Below, piece after piece: positions 27,700 to 42,134 of a stretch of DNA of 64,000 nt. The DNA is from Vicugna vicugna (lineage: Eukaryota), in assembly GCA_013265495.1 (NCBI GenBank), contig MU057833.1, forward strand, positions 40,646 through 104,645, given 5' to 3'. The position numbers and the translations under genes were made by a program. Position 1 is the stretch's first letter. Each line of letters begins with the position of its first letter. The notes under the pieces were generated by a model. It made no database searches. It worked only from the letters and a program-made list of their open reading frames with translations, and was not told the DNA's origin.

Positions 27700-28020
27700 A
27701 AGTCAAGACACTTCTGGTTGCAGGTATAAAAATCTGACACAAAACAACTTACTGAAAGGAGAATTTATTGAGTGACATTACTGAAGTACGTAGTAAGAGA
27801 ATTAGCCCCAGCTTTGTTGTACTGGGTAATTGGCTGATGTTTGGGGCTGAATTTATTCCCTCTCTCTTTCTCGGTCTTCCCCTGTGTCAGCTTCAGTTCC
27901 AGGTCCCACCTGGTAACAAGGTGACAGGAACAGGTCCAGGTAGTACATCCTCTCAAGTTTATATTTATCAAGAGAAAGTAAATCCACTCTCCCAGAGGCT
28001 CAGACAAAAGCAGTTACATT
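27700..28020. mobile_element. MaLR (MLT1-like) LTR split by the L1 at 28021 (continues ~36620-36840)
   Basis: ttctggttgcagg...aatttattgag before the L1, and gtctctgactgacctgg...tgcatccccaagcca after it. Confidence 0.5.
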
Positions 28021-28141
28021 GGGGCTTTCCAAGATGGCAGAGTACAAAGACCTTGATTTCATCTTCAGTCCTGGGCGCACCAAAATTACAACTATTTACA
28101 GAACCATTATCAGTAAAAAAAAAAAAAAAAAAAAAAAAAAA

Positions 28142-28692
28142 CCATGTCAACTGAAAAATAAAACGCACAACCTAAAAGCTGAGAATTATGTTTCATTTGG
28201 TGGACTTGCTGAGGACCACGGCCAGGAGGCAGCCTCTCAGATAGATCTGAGGGAAGGCTCTGAAGGGGCAAGGAAGGAGTCAGGGTTTACAGGGGTTTAT
28301 GCAAAAACAAGAAACAAAAAACCAGGTAGTAGGAACATCCAAATATCACTGTTAATTAAAATGAAGCAGGGGGAGGGTGTAGCTCAGGGGTAGAGTATGT
28401 GCTTAACAAAAAAAAAAAAAAAAGACCACATCAACTGAAAAATAAAGTGCACAACCTAAAAGCTGAAAATTATGTTTCATTTGGTGGACTTGCTGAGGAT
28501 CAAGGGCAGAAGGCAGCCTCTCAGACAGATCTGAGGGAAGGCTCTGAAGGGGCAAGGAAGGAGTCAGGGTTTACAGGGGTTTACGCAAAAACAAGAAACA
28601 AAAAACCGGGTAGTAGGAACATCCAAATATCACTGTTAATTAAAATGAAGCAGGGGGAGGGTGTAGCTCAGGGGTAGAGTATGTGCTTAACA
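28142..28692 (+). repeat. Tandem duplication, period 284 bp
   Basis: 28142-28408 is repeated at 28426-28692, separated by a poly-A run. Confidence 0.95.
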
Positions 28693-29034
28693 TGCACAAG
28701 GTCCTGGGTTCAATTCTCAGTACCTTCAGATAAATCAATCAATTAATCAATCAATCAATCACCTACTAACCCCCCAAGTAAAGTTTAAAAAAAAAAAGAA
28801 AATCAGATACCTCATTACTTAATTTAGCACTTTTCTATGTATGGGAAGATGCAAGAGTCTGGGCTCACTGAAATCTTTGCTGTGCACCTTCACCATCTAG
28901 GGCCAGTGTCCTGTTTTTCTTCACCCTGAATCCCCTCAGGGAACACAGCTGGGGGCAGCTGCGGTGGTTGATGGCTTGATGGTCACAACATCAACATGTT
29001 TACTAATATGGCAGGTGACCCTTTTTTACCCTCA
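28145..29034 (-). mobile_element. ERV1-like solo LTR inserted in the L1 5' UTR
   Basis: TG...CA termini (tgtcaac...ccctca) and a 4-bp TSD ACCA at 28141-28144 and 29035-29038. Contains a SINE and a tandem duplication. Confidence 0.75.
28653..28800 (+). mobile_element. tRNA-derived SINE (Vic-1-like); truncated head copy at ~28369-28408
   Basis: gggggagggtgtagctcaggggtagagtatgtgcttaacatgcacaaggtcctgggttcaattctcag plus tail. Confidence 0.88.
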
Positions 29035-31821
29035 ACCAGAACCTACAGAAATGATCTTCTCTAACTGATGGCATAGAGAAGAAACCACAACGAGGCAGAC
29101 AGAAGTGGCAGAGTCATGTTGTATTGAAGATTCATACCTGAAGATGGGTGACCAATCAGGGGGAGAATAATTACACTTGCTGGGGTTCTGCCCAGAGGAC
29201 AAGGGGTCTGAACCCCACATCAGGCTTCCTGGCCTGGGGGTCCTGTGCTGGGGAGACCAGCCCTCAGACACTTTAGCTTTGAAGGCCAGTGGGGCTTACT
29301 TTTGGGAGACCCAAATAGAGACTCCACTCTTAAAAGGAGCATACAAAAATCTCACGGGCCCCAGGACCTAGGGCAGAAGCAGTCATTTGAAAGGAGCCTG
29401 AGTCAGAAGCACTGACTATCTCAAAGTGTCTCCCAGAAGCAAAAGGCAGCTGGAGGTCATCTTGGGGAGCCAGACACTAATGGCAGCCATTTTGGGGGCT
29501 CACTGCACCATGTGAACATGTCTGGCAGTCTCCACAAGCTCCTTGGAATCCTCACTATAGCTCATTAGCCTCAGGACCCACCCCTGCCCATGCTCACACA
29601 TGTAGGCACCAGTACGGGGGCTCCTCGGGCACAGCAATGAACTGGAGGGAAAATCAGCCCATCTACCAGCAGAAAGGCTGCCTTAACGACCCCTGAGCCC
29701 ACAGCTAACACTGTGCTCGGCCCTGTCCATCAGAAGGCACAGGACATGGCCCCAAACCACAGTGCGCAGGCACCAGCCTCAGGACCTCCAGGGCCCCAGA
29801 CCTGCCCACCAGCAAGCCTGCTTTAGGCTCAAGACCAGCTTCACTCACTAGTGGGTGGGCATCACCCCCGGGAAACTGTGGCCCTGTAGTCTACAATGGC
29901 AGCACCCAGCTCACCCAGCAGCAGGCCAGCACCAGCTCTAAGACACTTGGGGCAGCTCAACAAGCACCATCACCACCTGGACAACACAAGCTTTGGGACA
30001 CCACGGACAGCACCGCCATCTGTGCCGGGGACCAGCTCCAACCACCAGTGGTCAGACACCAGTTCTGGGACCCAGGGGCCCTGTAGCCAGACTCCAGGGC
30101 CCAGCTTTGCCTGACAGTGGGATGGCACTAATGCAGGACCTGGCTTTACCCACCAGTGGGCAGGCACAGCCCTGGGATCTCCTGGACCCTGACTCCACCC
30201 ACCAGTTGGCCAACACTAGCCCCAGGACTCCCTAAGTTTCCACAGCCAGCTGCCTTATGACCCAGCACCAGCAACCTCCAAACAAGGGAGGGTCTGGCAG
30301 CCAACTGGCCCACAGGCCAGCCACAACTGTGAGACCACTCACAGCCACAGCCCACCACCACAGGAGGGCCCATGAAGCCCACACGGAGGGCACCCCTAGA
30401 GCATCTCTCTCTAGTGGTCAGGGTGGAGTGTGCTGCTGGGACAGACAGGATATCTCTTGCAAAAGGACACCTCTACAAGTTCAGGAAACATAACCAACAT
30501 ACCAGGTACGTAGAAATGAAAATAGCAAATTAGGCTAAACAACGTGACAGAGGAGCATGTTTCAAAGAAGCAACAAGATGAAAACCCCAGAAGAACTAAG
30601 CAAAATGGAGACAGGCAATTTACCTGAGAAAGAGCTCAAGGTAATAATAATAAACATGATCAAAGAACTGGAGAGAAGAATGGACGAACAGAGAGAAAAG
30701 TTGGAAGGTCTTCACCAAGAGTTAGACATAAGGAGAATGACCAAACAGATGAAAAATACAGTAACTGAAAAATACACGAAGGGGAATCAACAGTAGACTA
30801 AATGATTCAGAGACCCTAATCAAGGAGGTGGAAAACAGAATAGTGGAAATCACTGAAGCTGAACATTAAAAAAAGAGAGAATAAAAAGAAGTGAGGACAG
30901 ATTAAGATACCTCTGAGAAAACACCAAGCACACTAACATTCGTATTGCAGGAGTCCCGGAAAGGGAAGAAAGAGAAATGGCAGAGAGAATCCTTGAATAC
31001 ACAATAGCTAAAAAATTCCCTAACGTGGGGGAGGAAAAGGACATCCAGCTCCAGGAAGCAGAGAGTCCCAAAGAAGATCAGCCAAAACAGGACCACATCA
31101 AGACACACTGTGATTAAAATGGAAAGAATTAATGACAAATAGAGCAGCAAGAGAAAAGCAGCTAGTCATGTACACGGGAACTCCTGTAAGAGGGTCTGCT
31201 GACTTTTCAGCAGAAACTTCATGGGCCAGAAGGATGTGGGGCAATATATTTTGAATGATAATAGGGAAAAACCTACAAACAAGAATATGCTACCCAGCAC
31301 GGCTCTCAGCCATATTTGATGGAGAGTCAAAGGTTTTACAGACGAGTAAAAGGTAAAAGATTTCAGCACCACCAAACCAGCTTTAGAAGAAAGGTTAAAG
31401 GATTTGCTCTAAGTGAAAAAGAAAAGACCACAACTAGAAACATTAAAATCACAAAAGGACAAAGTTCATCAGTGAAGACAAATATACAGTAAAGGGAGCA
31501 AAACAGCTGTGTTCAAAGCTGGTAAAAAAGATTAGAAGACAAAAGTAGAGAAGTCATCTATATACACAATAAGCAGTTGAGATGCACCGAGGATTTCAAA
31601 AACAGTGATTATGAGGGAGGGAGATAAAAATGCAGGGTTGTCTCAAAATGTGTTTGAAATTAAGAAATCAGCAACTAAAAAAAGTAGATAGATGATGATG
31701 ATGATGACGATGATGATGATAGACAGACAGACAGACAGAAAGATCGATCATTATATGTCAACCTTATGGTAACCATAAAGGCAAAATCTATACTAGATAC
31801 ACACAAAGAAAGAGAAGGGAG

Positions 31822-32477
31822 ACTAGGAATAGACTTACCATGTGACCCAGGAATCACACTCCTGGGCCTATATCCAGAAGGAACCCTACTTCAGGATGAC
31901 ACTTGCACCCCAATGTTCATAGCCGCACTATTTACAATAGCTAAGACATGGAGACAGCCTAAATGTCCATCAACAGATGACTGGATAAAGAAGAGGTGGT
32001 ATATTTATACAAGGGAATACTATTCAGCCATAAAAACCGACAACATAATGCCATTTGCAGCAGCATGGATGCTCCTGGAGAATGTCATTCTAAGTAAAGT
32101 AAGCCAGAAAGAGAAAGAAAAAAACAAAAGAGATCGCTCATATGTGGAATCTAAAAAAAAAAAAGCATAAATACAAAACAGAAATAGACTCATAGACATA
32201 GAATATAAACTTGTGGTTGCCAAGGGGGTGAGGGGTGGGAAGAGAGAGACTAGGATTTCAGAATTGTAGAATAGATAAACAAGATTATACTGTATAGCAC
32301 AGGGAAATATATACAAGATCTTATGGTGGCTCACAGAGAAAAAAATGTGACAGTGAATATATACATGTTCATGTATAACTGAAAAATTGTGCTCTACACT
32401 GGAATTTGATACAACATTGTAAAATGATTATAAATCAATTAAAAATGTTAAAAATAAAAAAATAATAATAATAAATA
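31822..32477 (+). mobile_element. Young 5'-truncated L1 nested in the older L1
   Basis: Clean ORF2 C-terminus ([32 protein letters not shown]) and tail. 13-bp TSD aaagagaagggag at 31809-31821 and 32478-32490. Confidence 0.93.
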
Positions 32478-35400
32478 AAAGAGAAGGGAGTCCAAAGACA
32501 ACATTTAAGACAGTCACCAAATCGCAATAGAAGAGAACATAAAAAAGAAAATAAATAAATCCAAAACAACCCCAAAACAATTAACAAAATGTCACTAGGT
32601 ACACAGCTATCAATATTTTATACCTAAGTGAGATAATGCTTCAATCAAAAGACACAGAGTGGCTGAATGGTTACAAAAGCAAGACCCATATATACTCTGC
32701 CTACAAAAGAGCAGTTCAAACCTAGAGATACACACAGACTGAAAGTGAGGGGATGGGAAATGTGTTCCAAGCACGGGATGTACAGTGAAAGCTGGGTAAT
32801 GATACTTACATCAGATGGAATAGACTTTCTAACAAGGGCTATAACAAGAGACAAAGAAAGACATTACATAATGATCAAGGGATAAATCAAAGAAGATGCT
32901 ATAACAATTGTAAATATATATACACCTAACTTTGGAAACCTGGATACATAAAGCAAATGTTAACATACATAAGGGGAGAAATCAACAGTAACACAATAAT
33001 AGTAGGGACTTTAACACCCCACTACGTCAATGGACAAGTCATCTTTAACACCCCACTACGTCAATGGACAAGTCATCTAGACAGAAAACCAATGTGGGAA
33101 CACTGGCTATAAATGATAGCTTATACCAGGTGAACTTAATAGAAATATAAAGAACATTTCACCCAAAAGCATCAGAATAGACATTTTTTTCAAGTGCACA
33201 TGAAGCCTTCAGGGTAGATGACATGCTACATCACACAACAAGCCTCAGTAAATTTTAAAAAATCTGAAATCATATCAAGCCTCTTTTCTGACCACAACAC
33301 TTGTAAAACTCAACTGCAAGAAAAAAAACAGCAAAAAACCCAAATACGTGGAGGCCAAACAATATGCTACTAAACAAATAATGGGTCAAAGAGGAAATAA
33401 AAAATACTTAGAGACAAATGAGAACAAAAACACTATGACCCAAAATCTGTGAGAGACAGCAAACACAGTTCTATGAGGGAAGTGCATGGCAATAAAACCT
33501 ACCCCAGGATACAAGAAAAATCTTAAATAAATAACCTAAACTTAACACCAAAAGGAACTAGAAAAAGAAGAACAAACAAAACTCAAAGGTAGTAGAAGGA
33601 AAGAAATCATAAAGGTCAGAGCAGGAATAAATGAAATAGAAGCTTTAAAAAAATAGAAAATATAAATAAAACTAAGGGGTCGTTCTTTGGTTAGATAAAC
33701 AAAATTAGCAGAATTACTAGTGAATAAAGAGAGAGGGCCCACATGAATAAAATTAGAAATGAAAGAAAATTATAACATATGCCAGAAAATGGATAACTTA
33801 GAAGAAATGCATACATTCCTAGAAATGTACAATCTCTCAAGACTGAACCAGGGAGAAGTAGAAGATGGCAACAGACCAATTACCAGTACTGAAATTGAAT
33901 CAGTAATTAAAAAATAAATACTCCAACAAACAAAAGTCCAGGACCAGACGGCTTCACAGGTGAATTCTGCCAAACGTTTAGAGAAGAGTTAACGTCTGTC
34001 CCTATCAAGCTGTCCTCCCCAACTGCATAAAGACCATCTTCACGCCCATTCTACAAGGCCAGCGTCACCCTGATACCAAAACCAGACAAAGACCTCACAC
34101 ACGAACAGAAAAGCACAGGTCAGTATCACTGATGAACGCAGACGCAAAAATCCACAACAGACTATTGGCAAACCGCATTAACAATATATTAAAAGCATCA
34201 TCAAGTGGGATTTATCCCAAAGACGCAAGGATGAGTCAATGGCCACAAATGAATCAACGTGATACACCATATAAACAAATTGAATAAAAACCCTACAATT
34301 ATCTCAATAAACTCAGAAAAAGCTTTTGACATAATTCAACATCCATTTATATTAAAAACTCTCTACAAAGTGGGTACAGAGGGAACATAACTCAACATAA
34401 TAAAGGCCATATTTGGTAAACCCAAAGCTAACATCATCCTCAGTGGTGAACATCTGGAAGCATTTCCTTTAAGATCAGGAACAAGACAAGGATGCCCACT
34501 CTCACCACTTCTGTTCAACGTAGTGATGAAAGTCCTGGCCACGTCAGTCAGAAGTGAGAAATCCAAATTAGAAAGCCAGAAGTAAAGCTGTAACTGTTGG
34601 CAGACAATGCTCTACATAGAAAATTCTAAAGATGCTACTAAACTACTACTATAGCTTATGGATGAATTGGGCAGTGTTGCAGGATACAAAATCAATATAC
34701 AGAAATCTACTGTGTTTCTATCACTAACAACAAGCAGTCAGAGAAATTAAGGAAATGATTCCATTTACCATCACATCAAAGAGAATAAAATACCTAGAAA
34801 TAAATCTAACTAAGGAGGGGAAAGACCTGTACTTGGAAAACTATAAGACACTGATGAAAGAAGATGACGCAAACAAATGCAACGTATCATGTCATGGATT
34901 GGAAGGATTAATATTCTAAATGACCGAACTACCCAAGGCATTCTATAGATTCAATATAATTGCTGTCAAAATACCAATGGCATTTTTCACAAAACTAGAG
35001 CAAATAATTTTAAAATTTGTATGGAAATACAAAAGACCCCAAAAAGCCAAAACAATGAGATAGAACAAAGATGGAGGAATCACGCTTCCTGACTTCAGGG
35101 TATACTACAAAGCTACAGTAATCAAAACAGTATGCTACTGGCACACCAAAAAAACAGTCAACTAGATAAATGGAACAGCATAGAAACCCCAGAAATAAAC
35201 CCACACATTTATGGTCGATTGATCTATGACAAAGGAGGCAAGAATATACAGTGGAGAAAAGATAGTGTCTTCAATAAGTGGTGCTGGGAAAACTGGACAG
35301 CCACATGTAAAAGAATGAAATCAGAACATTATCTATAGCCATTTACAAAAACAAACTCAAAGTGGATTAAAGAGCCAAGTATAAGACCAGAAACCATAAA

Positions 35401-36132
35401 ACTCCTAGAACAAAACCAGGCAGAATGCTGTTTGACATAAATCATATCAATATTATTTTGATCTTTCTCTAAGGCAGAGGAAACAAAAGCAAAAATAAAC
35501 AAATGGGACCTAATTAAATCTAAAAGCTTTTGCGCAGCAAAAACAAACAAAATTGACAAAACTAAAAGACAACTTACAGAATGGGGGAAAATACAATAAG
35601 GGGTTAAAATCCAAAATATACGAAGAGCTCATACAACTACATATTTTTAAAATAATTTCAAAATAGGCAGTAGATCTGAATAGACATTTTCCCAAAGAAG
35701 ACATACAGATGTCCAACAAGCAGATGAGCAGAAGCACATGTCGCCAATCAGAGAAATACAAATCAGAATCGACATGCTGTATCGCCTCACACTGAATGGC
35801 TGTCATCAAAAAGACCACTAATAAAAATGCTGCTGAGGATGGGGGAAAACGGGACCCCTAGTACACACTTGGGGGGATTTTAAATTGATGCAGCCACTAC
35901 GGAAAACAGTATGAAGTTTCCTCTAAAAACTAAAAATAGAAGTACCATATGATCCAGCAATTCCAGAGCTGGGTATATATCTTGAAACAATGAAAACACT
36001 AATCTGAAAAGATACATGCACTGCAATGTTCATAGCAGCGTTATTTACAATAGACAAAGTATGGAAGCAATCTAAGTGTCCATCAACAGATCACTGGATA
36101 AAGAAGATGTGGTGTATATATATATATAAAAT

Positions 36133-36163
<31 letters not shown>

Positions 36164-38149
36164 ATGTAATACTACTCAGTCATAAAAGTGAATTAAATTT
36201 TGCCATTTTCAGCAACATGGATGGACCGGGGAGGATGTCACACTAACTGAAATAAATCAGACAGAGAAAGACAAATACTATATATTTTCACTTATATGTG
36301 GAATCTAAAAAATAAACTAATGAACATAACAAAAAGGAAGTGGACTCACAGATAGAGAGTACAAACTAGTGATACCAACGGGGAGACAAAAAGTGGGAAG
36401 GTCAAGTTAAGGGTAGGCAATTAAGAGGTATAAACTATTATGTACAAAATAAATAAGCTACAGTGACATATTGTACAGCACAGTGAGTATAGTCAATATT
36501 TTATAATAACTATAAAATGAGTATAATCTATAAAATTTGGAATCACTGTGTTGTACACCTGAAACTAATATAATGTTGTAAATCAAACATTACCTCAATA
36601 AAAAGAATAATACTTGCATTGTCTCTGACTGACCTGGTAGGAGCACGTATGCATCCCCAAGCCACCTTGTGTCAGGGAATAGAATGAGATGCTTGGTTCA
36701 TAATCATTGTGCGTTTGTTCCATTACTGGGTCTGGATTAGAGTAACTTGCTAGGAACCACACATCCTGATTATAAGGGAGGGAGGTGGAAAGCCCTAAAC
36801 AGACATGGGAATTCTTTCTCAAAGTGTATGATAGGATGTCTTATAGCTCAAAAATAAAAATAATATAGACTACATTGACTTCTTATTGCATTGTTTGGTA
36901 CCTAGGTTTTGTCTCGCTATCCATATTGAGGGAAGAAATGTTGAATAAACCCATGAGTCAATAAAGGCTTATTGCCTCTGTAATTGTAAATTTATGTGAC
37001 AATAATTTATAGCTATAGTCAAAGGAGAACTCAATCTTTATATAAGATCTTAAATAAAAGAAGTGATTATTTTTAAGGCTGTGAGTAAAAGATGCAGAAC
37101 TTCAAGACCAGTATCTGTTTAATTAAAAGGTGTTACTATTGCAAAGTAATTTGTATTAACTTAATAATATATTTATAAGTAATAGATGCCATGTACATTT
37201 CTCATCTCTCTGCTATAGATGTTTTTGTTTAATTGTTTCAAAAACAAAAATGGCCATGAACTGCTACTTCCATCTTAGAGACAGTGAAAAAAAAGAGAGG
37301 TTATCATTCATTAAGCTCATTAGGGAAGCCATGGGCATCTTGTGGTGTCCTATTTTGTAAGTGATGTTTTCCCCCTGGCATTATCCATATTTCTCTCTGT
37401 GAAAGATCTTGAGGAAGAGAGATGCATGGGTTTATCTGTTAGGATTTCTGACTGCATGGATGCAGGGCTTTGGTTTGACTTGGGACTTCAGTAGAGGGAG
37501 CAGGCATTTATTCTTCTACCCCAGGACATAGAGAGTCGTTCTGTGGAAGAGATAGTATTTCTGAGCCTAATGGCACCTGCCAAAATAGCACATTTTTAAG
37601 CCAGAAAGTAGCTCATTCATCTACCAGAGCCACCTTTATCATTAGAATTCTGCTGCCTCGACTCTGTGCTCTAATGTCAGCATTATTGCTGGCTGTGTCC
37701 TGCAAGCACTGTTCTCTTTAGTGCACAAGGCTTTCTTCAATGCTTTATTCTGGGGACCATTTCCCATTGATTTGTATCCAGGTACATTTATCATGTGACT
37801 CTAGCAGAGCAATTAGATGGCTGAAGTTATTCTGTGTATGAGTACACTATCATTATCACCAGTCAGCATCACCTCCAGACTGACTTCTAAATACTGCTTC
37901 TACATAATCGTCTGGTACATGCTCAATAACACTCATGCAGTTTGAACATCTTTCATTTCCAGCTGTGATTTTGCTCTTAAAATCTCATCAGCTCTTAGAT
38001 CACAATATAGATTTGTATAGTAATGAAATTGCAGCCCAGAAAATAACTTAAATAATTCATACAGTTTGTTCCTGGCTTTAGAATGAATTTCATTTCAAAA
38101 GATTAGATTTCATTTTATTTTCACATATTGTTGGAAGGAATCCTCAGTC

Positions 38150-38590
38150 TTCCTACAGTGCTTGTGGGTATTTATATTGCAAATATGCAAGCACTCTGCT
38201 TCGCTCTCCTGTTGCAGACAGCGTAATTGACTGACAGCTGTGGCTGCTATCACCTGGGTCCCCCACATTTTCACCAAGGTCCTGCTTCCTCTGACTGCTC
38301 CCAGGCGATGACAGAGCACCGTGGGAGCTGGAAGCAAGCCCATCCAGCAGGACATGTTCTCCTCCAACAGGGGGCTTGGGCGTGAGGCTTCTGATCAGCC
38401 TTGCCCAAGCCTTCCTGCGTCAGAGGCTCTTCCCATACCAACCCTTCTCCCCTCTCTCTTCCTCTAGGTGATATATCTACATCAGAGTCTGAAGGCTCTC
38501 TTCTCCCCCTGCTCTGCCCCCCAATGCACCTCTGTCTTGTCTAATCGCACCTTGATGTCTGCTTCTTGAAGGACACAAACTAATGCAATG
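38150..38590 (-). mobile_element. MaLR/ERVL-type LTR
   Basis: Ends ...gtctgcttcttgaaggacacaaactaatgca, resembling an MLT terminus. Confidence 0.55.
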
Positions 38591-38599
38591 GACTTCAGA

Positions 38600-41500
38600 A
38601 AAACCTTCCTTAGCACTAGCAGCCCCAGGACCCTCTGACATCGCAGCCAGGTGCCATAGCAGCTAGCCCTGCCCTTCAGGTTGGAACCAGGCCTGAGAGT
38701 GCCAGACCCTAAAGCCAGTCACGCCAGGACCCGCGGCAGCACAGCATCAGCTGGCAGGCTCTACTCACGGCAGGGCCCGACAACCAGCTGGGCCAGAAGC
38801 CAGCCCTGCTTAGCAGGGCGCTGCCACAACAGAATGGCCCACTCAGTCTACAGAGGGAGCGGCCCTAAAGCGTACAGCTCTGCTGACCAGAAGGGAGTGT
38901 GCCACTGGGCCCCATAGGTCAACTCTTGCATAAGGCACTTTTCAAAGTTCAATAAGTCTAACCAATCCACCTAACACACTGAAACAAGTGCAGAGAATTA
39001 GGAAAGATGAAGCAGCAAAGCAATACATTTCAAATTAAAGCACAAGGTGAAATCCCATAAGAGAACTAAGCAAGGTGGAGATAAGCAAGCTGCCTCATAC
39101 AGGGGTCAAGGCAATGCTCGTGAGGATGCCCAGTGCGCTTGGAGAAGAATGGACAAACACAGCAAGAAGTTTAATGAAGAGTTAAAGAAAGACATAAAGA
39201 AGAACCGCACAGAGTTGAGGAATACAATAACTTAAATTTTAAAAAAAATACACTAGAGGGAATCAGTAGTGGATTAGATAAAACAGAGAAATAGATCCTT
39301 GAACTGGAACACAGAGTTGTGGGAAAGATACAAGATAAGCAGGGGAAAAAAAAGAATTTGAAAAAATGAGGAGTGTTTAAGAGACATCTGGGACAACATC
39401 AAGCATACTAATGTTTGCATTATATGGTCCCAGCAAGAGAACAGAGAGAGAAAGAGTAAAGAAGTCATTTGAAGAGATAACAGCTGAAATTTTCCTAACC
39501 TGGAAAAGAAAACAGACATGGGGGTCTAGGAAGCACAGGGAATCGCAAACAATATGAACCCAAGGAGATCCACAACAAGATGCTCTGTAATTAAAATAAC
39601 ATAAAAATAGATAAAGAAATAATTGTAAAAGCAGCAAGGGGAAAATCACCTAGTTATGTACAAGGGAACTCCCATAAGACTGTCAGCTGACTTTTCAGCA
39701 TAAACCCTGCAAGCTGGCAGGGAGTGGTCCAATATATTTAAAGTGACAAAATGATAAAACCTACAGACAAATATACTATAGCCAGCAAGGCTGTCATTCA
39801 GATTTGAAGACAGAGAAAAAGTTTTACTAACAAGTAAAACCTAAAATAGTTCAGTGCCGCAAAATCAGATTTACAAGAAATATTAAAGGAATTTCTGTAA
39901 GTGGAAAAGAAAGACCAGAACCGGAAATGTGAAAATTAAGAGACGAAAAATTTTAATTGGTAAAGGCAAATATATATAGTAAAGGTAACAGATCAACAAC
40001 TTATAAAGCCAAAAGGAGGGTCAAAAGACAAAGGTAGTAAAATTATCTATATTTACTAATAGTTCACGTAGACACAAACCAAAAGGATATAAAATATAAT
40101 GTCAAAAACAGTAAACAGCTCCACACACACACACACACACAAAACCTACCAGAGCTAATAAAAGAATTCAGCAAGGCAGCAGGATACAAGATTAACATAC
40201 AAAAATAAGTTGCATTTCTTTACACTAACAATGAACTAACAGGAAAAGAAAGTAAAGTAAATCTCTTTTAAAATTGCATACAAAACAATAAAATTCTTAG
40301 GAATAAATCTGACAAAGGAGGTGAAAGACATACATGGAGAACTACAAAACATTGACTAAGGATATTAAAGAGGACTTAAAGAAATGGAAAGCTATCCCAT
40401 ACTCTTGGATTGGAAGAATCACTATCATTAAAATGGTCACACTGCCCAAAGAAATCTACAGATTGAATGCAATCCCTATCAAATTACCCAGGACATTTTT
40501 CACAGAACTAGAACAAATCATCCTAAAATGTATATGGAATCACAAAACACCCAGAATTGCCAAAGCAGTATTGAAGAAAAAGAACAAGCTGGAGGAATAA
40601 CCCTCCCAGACTTCAGACAACACTACAGAGCTACAGTCATCAAAACAGCATGGCGTTGGCATAAAAACAGACACATGGATCAATGGAACAGAATAAAAAG
40701 CCCAGAAATAAACCCAAACTCCTATGGGTTTAATTAATCTATGACAAAGGAGACAAGAATATACAATGGGGAAAAGAAAATCTCTTAATTAAATCATCTT
40801 GGGAAAACTAGACATCTTCATGTAAAAAATAATCAAATTGGGGTACTCTCTGACACCATGAACAAAAATAAATTAAAAACATTATTAAGACAAATGTAGA
40901 CTGAAACCATTAAACTTCTAGAAAAGGCATACAAAACCTTCTTTGGCATCTGTCTTAGTGATTTTTTTTTTTTGGATATGTCTCCTCAGACAAGGCAAAC
41001 AAAAGTAGAAATAAATGAATGAGACTACACCAAACTAAAAAGCTTTTGCCCAGTGAAAAAAACTATCAACAACATGAAAAGGCTGCCTACTGAATGGGAG
41101 AAGACGTTTGCACACAACAAATCTGATAAGGGTTTAATGTACAAAATATAAAAACTCATACAACTCAACATTTAGAAAAAACTATTAAAAAGTGGACAGA
41201 GGACGTGAATTGACATTTTTCCAAAGACACACAGATGATCAACAGGCACTTAGAGAGATGGTTAACATCACTAATCAGGGAAATGCAAATCAAAGCCAGA
41301 ATGAGATATCACCTCACACACGTCATGATTATTTTCAAAAAGACAACAAATGACAAGGGTTGGCAAAAATGTGGAGAAAAGTAAACCCTTATGCAGTGTT
41401 GATGGGAATGTAAATGGGTGCAGCTTCTTTGGAAAACAGTACGGGGAGTCCTCAAAAATTGAGAACAGAATTACTATATGATCCAGCAATTTCAATCCTA

Positions 41501-42130
41501 AGTATTTATCTGAAGAAAACAAAAATTCTAATTCAAAAAGATACATGCATCCCTATGTTTGCTGCATCATTATTTACAACAGCCAAGATATGAAAGCAAC
41601 TTGTGTGCCCATCAATAGATAAAGAAGATGTGGTATATACATACAATGAAATATTACTCAGCCATGAAAAATAATGAACTCCTGCCATTTGGGGCAACAT
41701 TTATAGACCCAGAGGGCATTATGCTGAGTGTAGCATAGTATATTTCATTTGAAACATAAAAAGAAAAATACTGTGTGATCTGACTTATATGGGAAATCTA
41801 AAAAACCAAACAAATGAACCAACATAACAGAAACAGAGTTATAGATACAGAAGACAGATGACTCTCAGAAAGGATGGGGGTAGAGAGGAAAAAAGATACA
41901 GGTGAGGGAGGTTAAGAGGTACAAATTTCTAGTTACAAAATAAGTAAGTCACAGGGGTAAAATAAACTGTGTGGGGAAAATAGTCAATAATCATACACTG
42001 TCTTTGTATAGTGACTGATTAGAACCAGACTTGTCATGGTGATCATTTTGAAATGTATAAAAATACTGAATCACTATGTTGTGTAACGGGAAGTAACACT
42101 GTTAATAGGTCAATTACACTTCAAAAATAG
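38600..42130 (+). mobile_element. L1 with partial 5' UTR, ORF1 and 3' ORF2; most of EN/RT missing at ~40120
   Basis: ORF1-like region at 39000-39900. Jump at the (CA)n at 40122-40140 to ORF2 [29 protein letters not shown]. 3' end attacacttcaaaaa. Confidence 0.9.
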
Positions 42131-42134
42131 ACAA

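Larger units (their letters stand above)
28021..36610 (+). mobile_element. Near full-length decayed L1 (5' UTR, ORF1, ORF2, 3' UTR) with nested elements
   Basis: Starts ggggctttccaagatggcagagt, with a GC-rich 5' UTR. ORF1-like MFQRSNKMKTPEELSKMETGNLPEKELK at 30557. ORF2 EN/RT motifs span 32590-36200. 3' end cctcaataaaaa. Many stop codons. Confidence 0.93.

Noticed and set aside
28021..36610. Retrotransposition-competent L1
   Set aside because: ORF1 and ORF2 are broken by many stops, frameshifts and nested insertions.
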